A DNA stretch of 47,961 bases from positions 1 through 47,961 of the IMG/VR virus record IMGVR_UViG_3300036945_000667, one strand, 5' to 3'. Both the position numbers and the translations under genes were made by a program. The DNA comes from a virus (Duplodnaviria; Caudoviricetes). The notes below the pieces were generated by a model. That model saw only the letters and a program-made list of their open reading frames with translations, did not search any database and was not told the origin of the DNA. Below are positions 1 to 9,349 of the stretch, one piece after another (position 1 is the first letter of the stretch; every line of letters begins with the position of its first letter).

Positions 1-2489
1 ACCTCAATCTTGAAGTCAATGTCTGACTCATTGATGTGTGGCAAACGGATTGGGATACCCATACGCTTGGCTTCAATTAGATACTCAGTACGAGCATCCT
101 TGTCGCTTTCATTCTTTAGCAATGAGTACATAAACTCAATAGGATAGTTATACTTCAACCATGCTGTCCAGTATGAGAGCGTTGAGTAGGCCACGGCATG
201 TGACTTATTGAAAGAGTATCCAGCGTGTGCCTCAAAGTCGTGCCACAGCTCTTCTGCGACCTCTGGGCGTACATGCTGAGATGCTCCCTTGACGAACTTA
301 TCCTTAAACTGGTCAAACTCCTTGGCATCCTTCTTCTTACCAATGATCTTACGAACCTTGTCCGCTTCAACCATGGTCATACCGCCAAGTTCTGTACAGG
401 CCAACATAACCTGTTCCTGGTACAGAACACATCCATAGGTGTCAATGGTGAATGACTTCATTAGCTGGTGGTGGTAGCTGATGTTTTGCTTACCATGCTT
501 ACGAGCAATATAGTCCTTACCAATTGTATTCATGGCACCTGGGCGAACCAGAGCGTTAGATGCAGCAAGCTCTGCAAAGTTCTTTACACCCATCTTAATC
601 AATAGGTTTGTATATGGTGTGGCTTCACATTGGAATACGCCCTTGGTATACCCATCAGAAAGCATGCGGTAGATGTTTGCATCTTCCATATTGATCTTGT
701 GCAGGTCAATCTGCTCTCCAGCACGGTCCTCAATAATCTTTAGAGTATCCTGAATAACAGACAAGGTCTTTAGACCAAGTGCATCAATCTTAATAAGACC
801 AATACGCTCTGCTTCTGCCATGTCTACTGCTACTACTGGAATACGTTCCTTAGTTCCTGGTGCCGTGCGAGTTTCTAGTGGAGCATACTTAAAGATAGGC
901 TCCTTAGAAGTTACAACACCTGCAGCGTGGATACCAGTACCACGGATACGACCACGTAGAAGTTCCCCATAAACCTCAATCTCTGGATACTTCTCACGGA
1001 AGTCCTCAGTCTGCTTTGAGTTACAGTAGTCATCCCAGTCATCTACAAGCTTAAGTACCTTGTTAACGTCTGGTAGTGGAATGTTTAGAACACGAGCAAT
1101 GTCTCGCACCATACCCTTACCCTTGAACTCAAGGAAGGTGGCGATAGACGCAACGTGACGATACTGGCGAACTAGATAGTCCTTAACCTCTTCACGACGT
1201 GAGTCCTGAATGTCTGTATCAATATCTGGGAAGTCTGCACGCTCTGGATTAATAAAGCGGAAGAACAGCAAGCCATGAACGATAGGGTCAATGTCTGTAA
1301 TCTCTAGAGCATAGCATAGCAATGAGCCAGCAGCAGAACCACGACCAGGACCAACCATGATGCCTTCCTTCTTAGCCCACGCAATCATAGAGCGTACAAC
1401 TAGGAAGTATGGACCAAAGTTTTTATCCTTAATGATCTTAAGCTCTACATCCAAGCGGTCTAGATACTCTTGATTGTCTGCAAGACCCTTAGCCTTTAGA
1501 CCAGCAATTGCAAGACTGTAAAGCTCTCCATCTGGATCCTGGTACTGAACAGGTAGTAGGTCCTGATAGTCCTGGATGTCGTAGTCTTCAATCTTATCTA
1601 CGATATCTAGGGTAGCCTGGTACATGTCTTCACGATCAATACCCTGAGCCTTCATGGCGTTATGCATCTCTTCATCAGAGAGTAGGTGAATATCAAACTT
1701 GTTAAAGGACATCTGGCGGTCTGCACCATATAGGTAATCTAGACGCTCCATGAGGGTATCATACTGGGTTGATTCCTGATATGAAACATCATTAAGAGTC
1801 TTATTAGAGTAAGAGTTTAGGATTAGCTTTAGTTCTTGAATCTCTTTCTGAGATGTATCTGCATGGTGACAGTCTGGAGTTACTACAGGCACTACCCCAA
1901 ACTCATCAGCCAAGTCAAGCAATAGCTTATTTACTTCTGGTGGATTGTGTGGCATGACCTCAATGTAGTAGTCGTCGCCAAAAGTCTTCTTGGCCCACTG
2001 AATATGTTCCTTAGCAACTGCAAGGTTGTCTGCCTCAATTGCCTTTGCTAGAAATCCTGATAGGCAGCCAGAGGTAATGATTAGGCCCTCTTTGTACTGC
2101 TCTAGAATCTGCCAGTCCATACGTGGCTTCTTGTAGAACCCCTCTGTCCAAGCAAGTTCATTAAGCTTGTTTAGGTTCTCTAGTCCCTTGGCATTCTTTG
2201 CAAGAATAATAAGGTGGTTATAGTTAAGGTCTAAGAGATCTTTCTTTTCTTTCTTATCTTCATGATTGAAGCGATCCTTAGTAATGTACCCCTCAATTCC
2301 AAGAATAGGCTTGATGCCTGCTTCCTTGGCAGTACGATACATCTCACGGTGGCCAGATAGCGAACCGTGGTCTGTGATTGCAATAGCTGGCATTCCCAGC
2401 TGTACGGCACGATCCACATATTCCTGTGGTGTGGCAATTCCATCAAATAGCGAGTAGTGTGTGTGGACGTGTAGGCCAGCGTAACTCAT
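1..2489 (-). CDS. dnaE: DNA polymerase III alpha subunit (family C, DnaE-type), 3'-truncated by the window edge; absent from the ORF track
   Basis: Manual translation from ATG at 2489 (SD AAAGGA): MSYAGLHVHTHYSLFDG...AIAITDHG...GIKPILGIEG (PHP domain), GPGRGSAAGSL, RFINPERADFPDIDTD (catalytic), AGYSFNKSHAVAY. LPHINESD at the window edge is in the same frame as the start. Confidence 0.97.
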   Translation of the reverse strand, partial: MSYAGLHVHTHYSLFDGIATPQEYVDRAVQLGMPAIAITDHGSLSGHREMYRTAKEAGIKPILGIEGYITKDRFNHEDKKEKKDLLDLNYNHLIILAKNAKGLENLNKLNELAWTEGFYKKPRMDWQILEQYKEGLIITSGCLSGFLAKAIEADNLAVAKEHIQWAKKTFGDDYYIEVMPHNPPEVNKLLLDLADEFGVVPVVTPDCHHADTSQKEIQELKLILNSYSNKTLNDVSYQESTQYDTLMERLDYLYGADRQMSFNKFDIHLLSDEEMHNAMKAQGIDREDMYQATLDIVDKIEDYDIQDYQDLLPVQYQDPDGELYSLAIAGLKAKGLADNQEYLDRLDVELKIIKDKNFGPYFLVVRSMIAWAKKEGIMVGPGRGSAAGSLLCYALEITDIDPIVHGLLFFRFINPERADFPDIDTDIQDSRREEVKDYLVRQYRHVASIATFLEFKGKGMVRDIARVLNIPLPDVNKVLKLVDDWDDYCNSKQTEDFREKYPEIEVYGELLRGRIRGTGIHAAGVVTSKEPIFKYAPLETRTAPGTKERIPVVAVDMAEAERIGLIKIDALGLKTLSVIQDTLKIIEDRAGEQIDLHKINMEDANIYRMLSDGYTKGVFQCEATPYTNLLIKMGVKNFAELAASNALVRPGAMNTIGKDYIARKHGKQNISYHHQLMKSFTIDTYGCVLYQEQVMLACTELGGMTMVEADKVRKIIGKKKDAKEFDQFKDKFVKGASQHVRPEVAEELWHDFEAHAGYSFNKSHAVAYSTLSYWTAWLKYNYPIEFMYSLLKNESDKDARTEYLIEAKRMGIPIRLPHINESDIDFKIE

Positions 2490-2523
2490 TAAGTTCCTTT
2501 GTTAGTTTTTATGTTGTGTAAAG

Positions 2524-2552
2524 ATTATGACATATTTTTGACACGTTGTCAA
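2524..2552 (-). promoter_or_regulatory. sigma70/SigA-type promoter of dnaE
   Basis: Minus strand TTGACA (2552-2547), 17-nt spacer, CATAAT (2529-2524) preceded by TG, about 35 nt upstream of the dnaE ATG. Confidence 0.8.
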
Positions 2553-2559
2553 TACGTGT

Positions 2560-2595
2560 AAAGCAAATGGGGGTACCATTTATAGATACCCCCAC
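2560..2595 (-). terminator. Intrinsic terminator after the SSB gene
   Basis: Minus strand stem TGGGGGTA...TACCCCCA followed by TTTGCTTT, just after the SSB stop. Confidence 0.7.
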
Positions 2596-2606
2596 AAGCT
2601 TAGTTA

Positions 2607-3260
2607 TTACCAGTCAGTGTTGCTTGAGGTAATTGATGGAGCATCAAAACCAAAGTAGAAGTTTTCCTGCTCAGCATATACTACTTCACGGACAACCTTC
2701 TCTAGATTGAATGTCTCAATACCAGTCCAGGCGAATGGCTCTGAGTCTGGCTTGGTTGGAAGCAAGGTGTAGCTGGTTTCAGTTCCCTGACCATTACGCT
2801 TAATCTTCCACTCAAGGTTTGAGATTGCTCCAGTCTCAAGTGCATACTCACGAATAGTATTGAATGCAGACTGCTTTGAGATGCCCTGCGACCATACAGC
2901 AACATATGGATCTTCAGTACCATCATCAATTACTACGTTACAGTAGAAGCGTAGACGTGAACGCCATCCTGACTTAGGCTCCTTACGAGCCATCTCACAA
3001 CCGTAGCAACGACCCTCTGAGTCAATGGTACAAGCAGCCTTACGCTTGTAGTCCTTTGGGTTGGTGTGCTCTGAAATAACTACAGATAGGCCACGTGCCT
3101 CTGAGTAGCTTGCTGAATCCTGGTCCAGCTCTTCAATAAAACGAATCTTTGCAGACTGTCCGTCAGCTAGTTTTACCCAACGAACCTTCTGTCCTGTGTT
3201 CTCATACTTTGGCTTATCAAGTAGTGCACTGATATCTTTTAGCCCTTTAATTACGCTCAT
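2607..3260 (-). CDS. Single-stranded DNA-binding protein, T4 gp32-like
   Basis: KLADGQSAKIRF, then His-x11-Cys-x7-CYGC zinc-ligand pattern like gp32, and KIKRNGQGTETSY. Lies between primase and polymerase; strong SD AGGAGA. Confidence 0.8.
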   Translation of the reverse strand: MSVIKGLKDISALLDKPKYENTGQKVRWVKLADGQSAKIRFIEELDQDSASYSEARGLSVVISEHTNPKDYKRKAACTIDSEGRCYGCEMARKEPKSGWRSRLRFYCNVVIDDGTEDPYVAVWSQGISKQSAFNTIREYALETGAISNLEWKIKRNGQGTETSYTLLPTKPDSEPFAWTGIETFNLEKVVREVVYAEQENFYFGFDAPSITSSNTDW

Positions 3261-3288
3261 GATTTCTCCTTGTTTTTATCTTGGTTAA

Positions 3289-4233
3289 TTATTGTAGCAT
3301 ACTAGCGATAGACTTGTCAAATGATTCGTCAAGACTCTTGATTGCTTCATCTGGCATATCGCCAATATCCTTGTATTCTTTATCTAATTTGATAACGGAT
3401 ACACGAGATCCAAGACGTTCAATAATCTTGTCTTTCATGTTACCGCCTGCTTCATCATTATCTGCAATAACTATAACATTATTGAAGTATTTTTGTAGTA
3501 GGTCTGTTTGTATATTGGATACGTTAGCACCCAATGTAGCTACCGCTGGGAAACCACACTGGTCTAAGCGAATAGCATCAAAAGAAGATTCTACCACATA
3601 AACCTTGCTAGATGTTCTAACACGGTTAAGATTGAATAGGGTCTTACTCTTTGGCAGCCCTGGGGTGTTTTTAAACTCTTTGCCCTCAATTGAGCGACCA
3701 ACAAAGCCAATCTCCATACCATCTGGTGAGTGAACTGGGATTGTGACCATGTCCTGCTTCTCAGAGAAGCCAAGTGCAAACTTCTTGACAGAATCTTCTG
3801 TGATTAGTCTGCCAGAGTAGTAACGCATAGCACGTGGAGACTCCATGGCTTGCTGGTTTAGTCTCTTGATTAGCACCTGATCATACTGGATAAACTCTGC
3901 CTTCTTGTGCAGCTTTTGCTCAATGTCTCTGGAAAGATCAGTCTCAGTCTCTTTAGACTTTACATAGCGAACTGATTCAAAGTATGAACGTGCAGATGTG
4001 TGCATAACAAACTCAATAAGGTCTGCAACTTTTTGACAGGAAAAGCAAAAGAATGTTCCGTTTAACTTGTCAACTTCTCCAGCTGGTGAGCGAGAGTTGT
4101 TGTGATATGGGCAAAAGATAATGAAGTCAGAGTCAATCTCAGAGACTATATCTATACCTGCTCCTGTGAGAACTCTTTTGACTTGTTCTGGTGAATAGGT
4201 ATTACCGTAACTCCGTCTATTCCTTGTATCCAC
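3289..4233 (-). CDS. dnaG: DNA primase (CHC2 zinc finger + TOPRIM)
   Basis: CPYHNNSRSP...FFCFSC zinc finger, GFVGRSI, VYVVESSFDA and IADNDEAG TOPRIM motifs. GTG start. Confidence 0.93.
   Translation of the reverse strand: MDTRNRRSYGNTYSPEQVKRVLTGAGIDIVSEIDSDFIIFCPYHNNSRSPAGEVDKLNGTFFCFSCQKVADLIEFVMHTSARSYFESVRYVKSKETETDLSRDIEQKLHKKAEFIQYDQVLIKRLNQQAMESPRAMRYYSGRLITEDSVKKFALGFSEKQDMVTIPVHSPDGMEIGFVGRSIEGKEFKNTPGLPKSKTLFNLNRVRTSSKVYVVESSFDAIRLDQCGFPAVATLGANVSNIQTDLLQKYFNNVIVIADNDEAGGNMKDKIIERLGSRVSVIKLDKEYKDIGDMPDEAIKSLDESFDKSIASMLQ
3291..3299 (-). promoter_or_regulatory. Extended -10 motif TGCTACAAT upstream of the SSB gene
   Basis: Matches the recurrent TGnTAnAnT motif; overlaps the last primase codons. 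Confidence 0.55.
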
Positions 4234-4478
4234 TCTGCCTGTTTCTTTCCTGTGTATATTCCATATATTGATAATTCAAATTGAAATGTTTCTGCTTTTT
4301 CATTATACTCTATTGTAAAGTCTGTGTCAATATCTAATCTTTGAACATATCCTGATAGTCTCATTTCTGATGCTAGCAGTCTTATGTACTCATCCTTAAG
4401 CCTCATGATCAATGAATCATTGTAGATCACACCACTTAAGTTAAACCTTTTGATAGGCTTATGATGAAAGCTTGTCAT
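4152..4478 (-). CDS. Hypothetical protein (108 aa)
   Basis: Fills the gap between helicase and primase; TATAAT lies 6 nt upstream of its ATG. Confidence 0.75.
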   Translation of the reverse strand: MTSFHHKPIKRFNLSGVIYNDSLIMRLKDEYIRLLASEMRLSGYVQRLDIDTDFTIEYNEKAETFQFELSIYGIYTGKKQAEWIQGIDGVTVIPIHQNKSKEFSQEQV

Positions 4479-4484
4479 GAATCA

Positions 4485-4493
4485 ATTATACTA
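4485..4493 (-). promoter_or_regulatory. -10 motif TAGTATAAT, leaderless position
   Basis: 6 nt before ATG 4478, no SD. Confidence 0.55.
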
Positions 4494-5711
4494 CTTATCT
4501 TCAAAGTCCTTGTACTTGTACCAGCCCTTGTCAAAGTCTGCCTGTACGATAAACTCACCCATAAAGCCATTACGGTTCTTACGGAATACACATTCAATGA
4601 TATCTGAGTTTGTAGCACGGCCCAAGGCTAGCACCCAGTCAGCGTCATAAGCGATCTGGCGAGACCAAGCAGTCTGGCCTAGAGTAGGAACAGTATCCAG
4701 TTTGTTAACGTCATCTGGGGTCGCTGAAGAGATTGCGATGATTGGCATTTCCTCAGAGATAGCCATAAGCTTTAGTTCACGAGAAAGGTTCTTCATACGA
4801 ACAGTCTCATTCTCTGACTTCTGGTTTGGACTCATTAGCTGTAGGTAGTCAACGATGATTAGGTCAGGCTTGTACTGATCAATCTTGCCTCTAATAACGC
4901 TTGGCGTTACTTCTCCACCACCATCATTAGAGATGATGTGGAACTCTGGCTTACCCTGTAGTTCTTTTGCGTGCCAACGACGAAGATCGTCTGTCTCTAC
5001 AGCACCTGCAGAAAGCTTACGGTGTGACCATAGACCTTCACCCATAATTGTGAATACACGGTTACGAACCTCTGTCTCACTCATTTCAAGAGAGATTACT
5101 AGTGGTGACTTTCCAGACTTCCATGCCTGTACCGCAAAGTATAGGGCCATCCATGACTTACCAATACCTGGATAGGCTAGGAATACACCCAGCTGTCCTG
5201 GAGTAATTCCAGCAGGTAGGTAGTTGTCAAATCCTGCCAGACCTGTCTTGATTCCAATAGAGCCTAGCTCATTCTGTCTCTTAACGTTCTCGTAATAGGC
5301 TACAGCATCTTCAATGTCTGTTGCATCAATGTCACGAATTACAGTGGTAGTCTTCTTTAGTGCTGAGGTCTTGGTAATAATATCTTCAAGTGCTTTTACA
5401 CCCTGACCTGCCTGGACCTCGCTTGCTGTGTTTCGCAAGATGTCTTTTAGGCTGTCGTTTAGATACTCCACCTGCAGCTCTTCTAGGTGGTACTTGGTAG
5501 CTCCAACGCCATCAATAGGCTGGAAGTCACGAAACTTGTCTACAAGAAGTGAGGTTGGTGGTGTGGTTCCATTAGTCTCTGAATAGTTGCGAATGAACTG
5601 CCAGATATCGTTGTGGGTACGCAAAAGTCCGTCCACATTGGCTTGCAATAGAACGTGCACCTGCTTGTCCTGTAGGACTGCTGATATTAATTTGGCTTCT
5701 ACATTACTCAT
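4491..5711 (-). CDS. dnaB: Replicative DNA helicase, DnaB family
   Basis: Walker A AYPGIGKS, ISLEMS, Walker B IIVDYLQLM, SRELKLMA, IAYDADWV, KNRNG. Confidence 0.95.
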   Translation of the reverse strand: MSNVEAKLISAVLQDKQVHVLLQANVDGLLRTHNDIWQFIRNYSETNGTTPPTSLLVDKFRDFQPIDGVGATKYHLEELQVEYLNDSLKDILRNTASEVQAGQGVKALEDIITKTSALKKTTTVIRDIDATDIEDAVAYYENVKRQNELGSIGIKTGLAGFDNYLPAGITPGQLGVFLAYPGIGKSWMALYFAVQAWKSGKSPLVISLEMSETEVRNRVFTIMGEGLWSHRKLSAGAVETDDLRRWHAKELQGKPEFHIISNDGGGEVTPSVIRGKIDQYKPDLIIVDYLQLMSPNQKSENETVRMKNLSRELKLMAISEEMPIIAISSATPDDVNKLDTVPTLGQTAWSRQIAYDADWVLALGRATNSDIIECVFRKNRNGFMGEFIVQADFDKGWYKYKDFEDK

Positions 5712-6015
5712 TTAACCACGCTTGAGCTAACTTTCGTCGCTCAGCTCTCTCCTTAATGTCTCGTTTATAATCATTTCTTGCATCAATAATCTTGTCAGCA
5801 TAGTTTGCGAAGTATTTCCATGCTGGCTTTTCTGCTGTCTCAAAGTAATAGTCTAGCAGATCATAGCAAAAAGGTAAAGTGTAAGATTCAATGAGTGCAT
5901 CTGCAGCCCACTGTTCTACGTTTAGATTTAATAATGGCTTTTCTTCATACTTAGCAGTATGTAACTTGCTATAGCGAGAAAGCAAAGCCATACGGTCTTT
6001 GCGTTCTACAGCCAT
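5704..6015 (-). CDS. Hypothetical helical protein, possibly helicase-associated
   Basis: 103 aa; its stop overlaps the helicase start. Function inferred from position only. Confidence 0.7.
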   Translation of the reverse strand: MAVERKDRMALLSRYSKLHTAKYEEKPLLNLNVEQWAADALIESYTLPFCYDLLDYYFETAEKPAWKYFANYADKIIDARNDYKRDIKERAERRKLAQAWLNE

Positions 6016-6224
6016 TACTCTAGTTCAGACTTAGATTCGTTAACTTTCTCTGTGAGCTTCTGCTCTACAAAGCTGTACACACGCTCAAACGCCTCATTGA
6101 CAGTTTCACCATCACGACGTGAGTCTACAACACCAAGATCAATCCTTAGTGACTGAAAGTTTCCTAGGTTAAGTGTATATCCCAGTGTAACATTTACCTT
6201 TGTTTCTTCGCTATTCATTCTCAT
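6015..6224 (-). CDS. Small hypothetical phage protein
   Basis: VTLGYTLNLGNFQSLRID beta-hairpin plus C-terminal helix; TAATG coupling to the next gene. Confidence 0.7.
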   Translation of the reverse strand: MRMNSEETKVNVTLGYTLNLGNFQSLRIDLGVVDSRRDGETVNEAFERVYSFVEQKLTEKVNESKSELE

Positions 6225-6237
6225 ACCCTTTCAAAGG

Positions 6238-6768
6238 TTAAATAGATTCTGACCAAACTGGGATGAATCTTCCATCATCAGTTCTTGTATAAGTCAGTAT
6301 ACCATCTCCCATACGCCTTGTCAACTCTTGACGTGTTGGAGTTATATCATTTGTAATAAGCTTGTCAGCTCTTGGTCTTCCAATATGGTAGGTAGCTAGT
6401 ATATCACGAAGCTCTTTAACTTGCGACTCAGAGTAGTAACTTCTTACCTGCCACCCTCTTGCTCCACCCTTTTGGGATCCAGTTGGTTCTGGCAATACTC
6501 CACGAAGAACAAGGTTTGGCATATATTTCTTGTGACGATTAACTAGGTCTGCTGCTTCGCCAACTGTGTAAGCTCTCTCACGATTCTTTTTAAAATCACT
6601 AATAAGACAGCTTTCAATCTGATCTTTGGTAATGTTGTAAACAGACATAATGCCATTTGATCTGTTAAGATGATAAACTCTTACGAGGTCTCCATTTAAG
6701 AACCATACCTTTTTATTACCAGGAATTACTGGGGCATCGTTATATTCTTCTCTGGTTCTATACGCCAT
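6238..6768 (-). CDS. Putative DNA-binding protein with MerR/excisionase-like HTH
   Basis: YTVGEAADLVNRHKKY...GVLPEP...RSYYSESQVKEL resembles a MerR-type winged HTH. Confidence 0.6.
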   Translation of the reverse strand: MAYRTREEYNDAPVIPGNKKVWFLNGDLVRVYHLNRSNGIMSVYNITKDQIESCLISDFKKNRERAYTVGEAADLVNRHKKYMPNLVLRGVLPEPTGSQKGGARGWQVRSYYSESQVKELRDILATYHIGRPRADKLITNDITPTRQELTRRMGDGILTYTRTDDGRFIPVWSESI

Positions 6769-6779
6769 GAGAAATAACC

Positions 6780-7223
6780 TTAGTTTGGAATACCAATAAT
6801 AATTAGATTTACACCAACAGTAACGTCACCTGAAGCGTTAAACTTTACAATTCCATCTACACGAGATGTGGTAACGCTCTTTAGGATTACTGTAATATCC
6901 TTACCTGCTGTTGTACCGCCAACATTTACTGGGGTTGCTGTTGCAACAGGTGCAAACTTATATTCTGCAGGATATGGATATGAGAATGGCTGCTCTGATC
7001 CAGCTAGCACTGAAGAGTTGTTGTAGACTTCAATGTATGCTGCGTTCATCTTTACTCCAGAAGACAAAACACTTTGCTTCCCATCTAGAGGAGTTTCAAC
7101 AGTTACATACTTGTTTGTTGAAGGAGCAACCTGATTGGACAGAGTGTTTACTGCATCAGCAATCTGATAGATATATGTTAGGTCAATTGGTTGACCACGT
7201 TCTGGTAGCGGAATTTGTGCCAT
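6780..7223 (-). CDS. Small putative minor tail protein (C-terminal beta-sandwich)
   Basis: FSYPYPAEYKFAPVATAT...VNLIIIG resembles C-terminal beta-sandwich domains of tail fibres; last gene of the tail block. Confidence 0.55.
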   Translation of the reverse strand: MAQIPLPERGQPIDLTYIYQIADAVNTLSNQVAPSTNKYVTVETPLDGKQSVLSSGVKMNAAYIEVYNNSSVLAGSEQPFSYPYPAEYKFAPVATATPVNVGGTTAGKDITVILKSVTTSRVDGIVKFNASGDVTVGVNLIIIGIPN

Positions 7224-7232
7224 AGTTCTTCT

Positions 7233-7241
7233 ATTATACCA
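7233..7241 (-). promoter_or_regulatory. Extended -10 motif TGGTATAAT
   Basis: 9 nt before ATG 7223. Confidence 0.6.
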
Positions 7242-7248
7242 CGTCTGG

Positions 7249-7743
7249 CTAGTCTAGGTCAAATACGCCTGAATCAGCGACAGCCATTGATGGTAATACC
7301 TTTCTTGGATATGTCATTGTTTGAACAAGAACTCTTGTAGAGAGCTTACCCTGTGGTACTGGTATGATAGCTGAGTTACCAACAACAGTTGCAAAGTACT
7401 CTAGGGTTCCTGTGCTTCCTGTTTGTGTTCCCCATGCTACGTATACGTCATAATTGTTTACGGACTGGTTTGGTTCCTTTTGGAACAAGGCTACTGCTGC
7501 ATCACTGACGTTCCATTGTGCTGTAATGATTGATCCATTGCTTGTGAGAACTATGTTGCTGTCTTCTGCTGCCGTCAAATCTATGGCAGTTGGATTAATC
7601 AGATACTGTGGAGACCAGTGTGATGTGCGGTTCAAGTCTTCAGATATGATTCTAAATCTAACTACATAGTGATTCTTGTCAGCATTGATTGGTGGAAGAC
7701 TGTCTCTGGGGACAGTCACCTTTCTAACGCTTGAATCTGCCAT
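7249..7743 (-). CDS. Putative minor tail protein (FN3/Ig-like beta protein)
   Basis: YVVRFRIISEDLNRTSHWSP, ITAQW, YDVYVAW: FN3-like pattern; TAATG-coupled. Confidence 0.55.
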   Translation of the reverse strand: MADSSVRKVTVPRDSLPPINADKNHYVVRFRIISEDLNRTSHWSPQYLINPTAIDLTAAEDSNIVLTSNGSIITAQWNVSDAAVALFQKEPNQSVNNYDVYVAWGTQTGSTGTLEYFATVVGNSAIIPVPQGKLSTRVLVQTMTYPRKVLPSMAVADSGVFDLD

Positions 7744-9335
7744 TAGATCACATCCATTGCAAATCTAAACTCTAGCAAGCTTGATGTGTTTGTTTCCTTA
7801 ATGATTGGAAGACCACCAGTTGTTTTAGCAACAGTATATCCGACTAGGCCATACAGTGGATTCACCGTAGTCGTATTCTCAATTCTGACTGAGTCAAGTC
7901 CAACATAGTATTTGCTTGAGTAACCATTGGCATGACCTGCAGGGCTTACGGCTGTCTTAGCTAGGTTTGCCCCAGTAGCATCAAAGCTTAGGGTTAGTCT
8001 ATCTGTGCTAACAGCTGTGATTTTCTTTACCCCATTGTATGGTGAGCCAACATCTGATATTGTAACTCTTCCGCCAACGCCAAAGCTATGTGGTGTAGCA
8101 AATGTCATGGTTGCAACGTTGTCAGTTATTTGCTTGTGTGTGATATCCATCTGTGCAGTAGGAATTGATACGAATATTTTAATAGCTGTAACGTTTCTCC
8201 AACTAAATTCCTGAGACTTCTCAAGATCCTCTAGCTTTGAAGTGGCAACAAAGTATCTGTTGTTATTAAAGTTGTCTCCAACTGAGGTTAGGTGTGTTCT
8301 CATTCTTGCGTACTGCTGGTTCAATCCTGTAATATCATCAGAAGAAACGAAGTCAACAATGACCTTTACGTCGCTTGGGTTTGATGAATCAGCATCTTTG
8401 TTGATTACAGATAGGCCAAGTCTTAGCTCATCCTGTCCAGAGTTCTTATCCAGGTTAAGAGATATACCGTTAAGGTGAAGGTGTGTTCCATCTTCAGAGG
8501 ACACTACCATGCTTGAGTCAGAGCCTGTAAGTGAAGATGCGTCTCCTCTAACAATAACTGTATTATTTAGGAATCTTGACCTTTCATTTCTACCAATTCT
8601 AACAGAGCTGTCAAAGATGCTGTTGTCTGAGTTTGCCTGGAAGGCAAGGTCTGGTACGTTGATTGATCCAGTAGTAGCTCCATCTGGTACAGTAAGGTCT
8701 GCTAGCTTATCTAGTGTTTGAGAGTACTTTGTTAGAGTTGATGCTCCAGATGACTGATGGTATTCCCAGTTTTCTCCAACTCCAAATGAGTAAAGAATTC
8801 TGCTGTCTGATGTTCCTGCTGATGGGTTTGAGCCTGCAGAGTAAACGCCAATCTCAGTAATTTCGTATCGCTCTTCTGTTGGTAGCTGTGCTGTAAATAC
8901 TATGCTTGAGGTAATCTTTGTTGCAACACCACCAGAGGTCCAGGTTCCTGTGTTTGTTCCAACAACTGTAAACTGTGAAGGTGTGGCTGTTGCGATCAGG
9001 GCATTTGTTTTGTTATATCCAGCAACGTTTATCCCTACAATGTCAACAGTATCTCCAGCATTGAAGTTGTTTGTTGCAGTGTATGTAATAACAGAACCGT
9101 TCCCAGCTGCGTTAGTTATTGTTGCCTGATCTGTTTCAGTAACGTATCCCCTTGAAACAATTGGTGCACGAAACATCTCAAAGTCTAAGTTCTTCTTGTC
9201 AGAGTAGTCTCCAAAAGATCCACCGTCAGCGTCAATTGCAGCTGGTCCACAACCAAACGCAATGTATGATGCGTATGCAGGAGTTTGCCCAATGAGGTAT
9301 TTTGCAAGTATGTTCTTGCCAGTATTAGTTAACAT
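7743..9335 (-). CDS. Tail-tip/baseplate protein with fibre-attachment-type N-terminus
   Basis: MLTNTGKNILAKYL...YIAFGCG...ITEIGVY resembles tail-collar/fibre N-terminal domains; two inserted small beta modules. Confidence 0.65.
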   Translation of the reverse strand: MLTNTGKNILAKYLIGQTPAYASYIAFGCGPAAIDADGGSFGDYSDKKNLDFEMFRAPIVSRGYVTETDQATITNAAGNGSVITYTATNNFNAGDTVDIVGINVAGYNKTNALIATATPSQFTVVGTNTGTWTSGGVATKITSSIVFTAQLPTEERYEITEIGVYSAGSNPSAGTSDSRILYSFGVGENWEYHQSSGASTLTKYSQTLDKLADLTVPDGATTGSINVPDLAFQANSDNSIFDSSVRIGRNERSRFLNNTVIVRGDASSLTGSDSSMVVSSEDGTHLHLNGISLNLDKNSGQDELRLGLSVINKDADSSNPSDVKVIVDFVSSDDITGLNQQYARMRTHLTSVGDNFNNNRYFVATSKLEDLEKSQEFSWRNVTAIKIFVSIPTAQMDITHKQITDNVATMTFATPHSFGVGGRVTISDVGSPYNGVKKITAVSTDRLTLSFDATGANLAKTAVSPAGHANGYSSKYYVGLDSVRIENTTTVNPLYGLVGYTVAKTTGGLPIIKETNTSSLLEFRFAMDVI

Positions 9336-9349
9336 TCAAATCAATTCCT

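Noticed and set aside
195-235. Possible intein or split site in dnaE
   Set aside because: AGYSFNKSHA is contiguous, and the motif spacing over about 829 codons leaves no room for an intein in the visible part.
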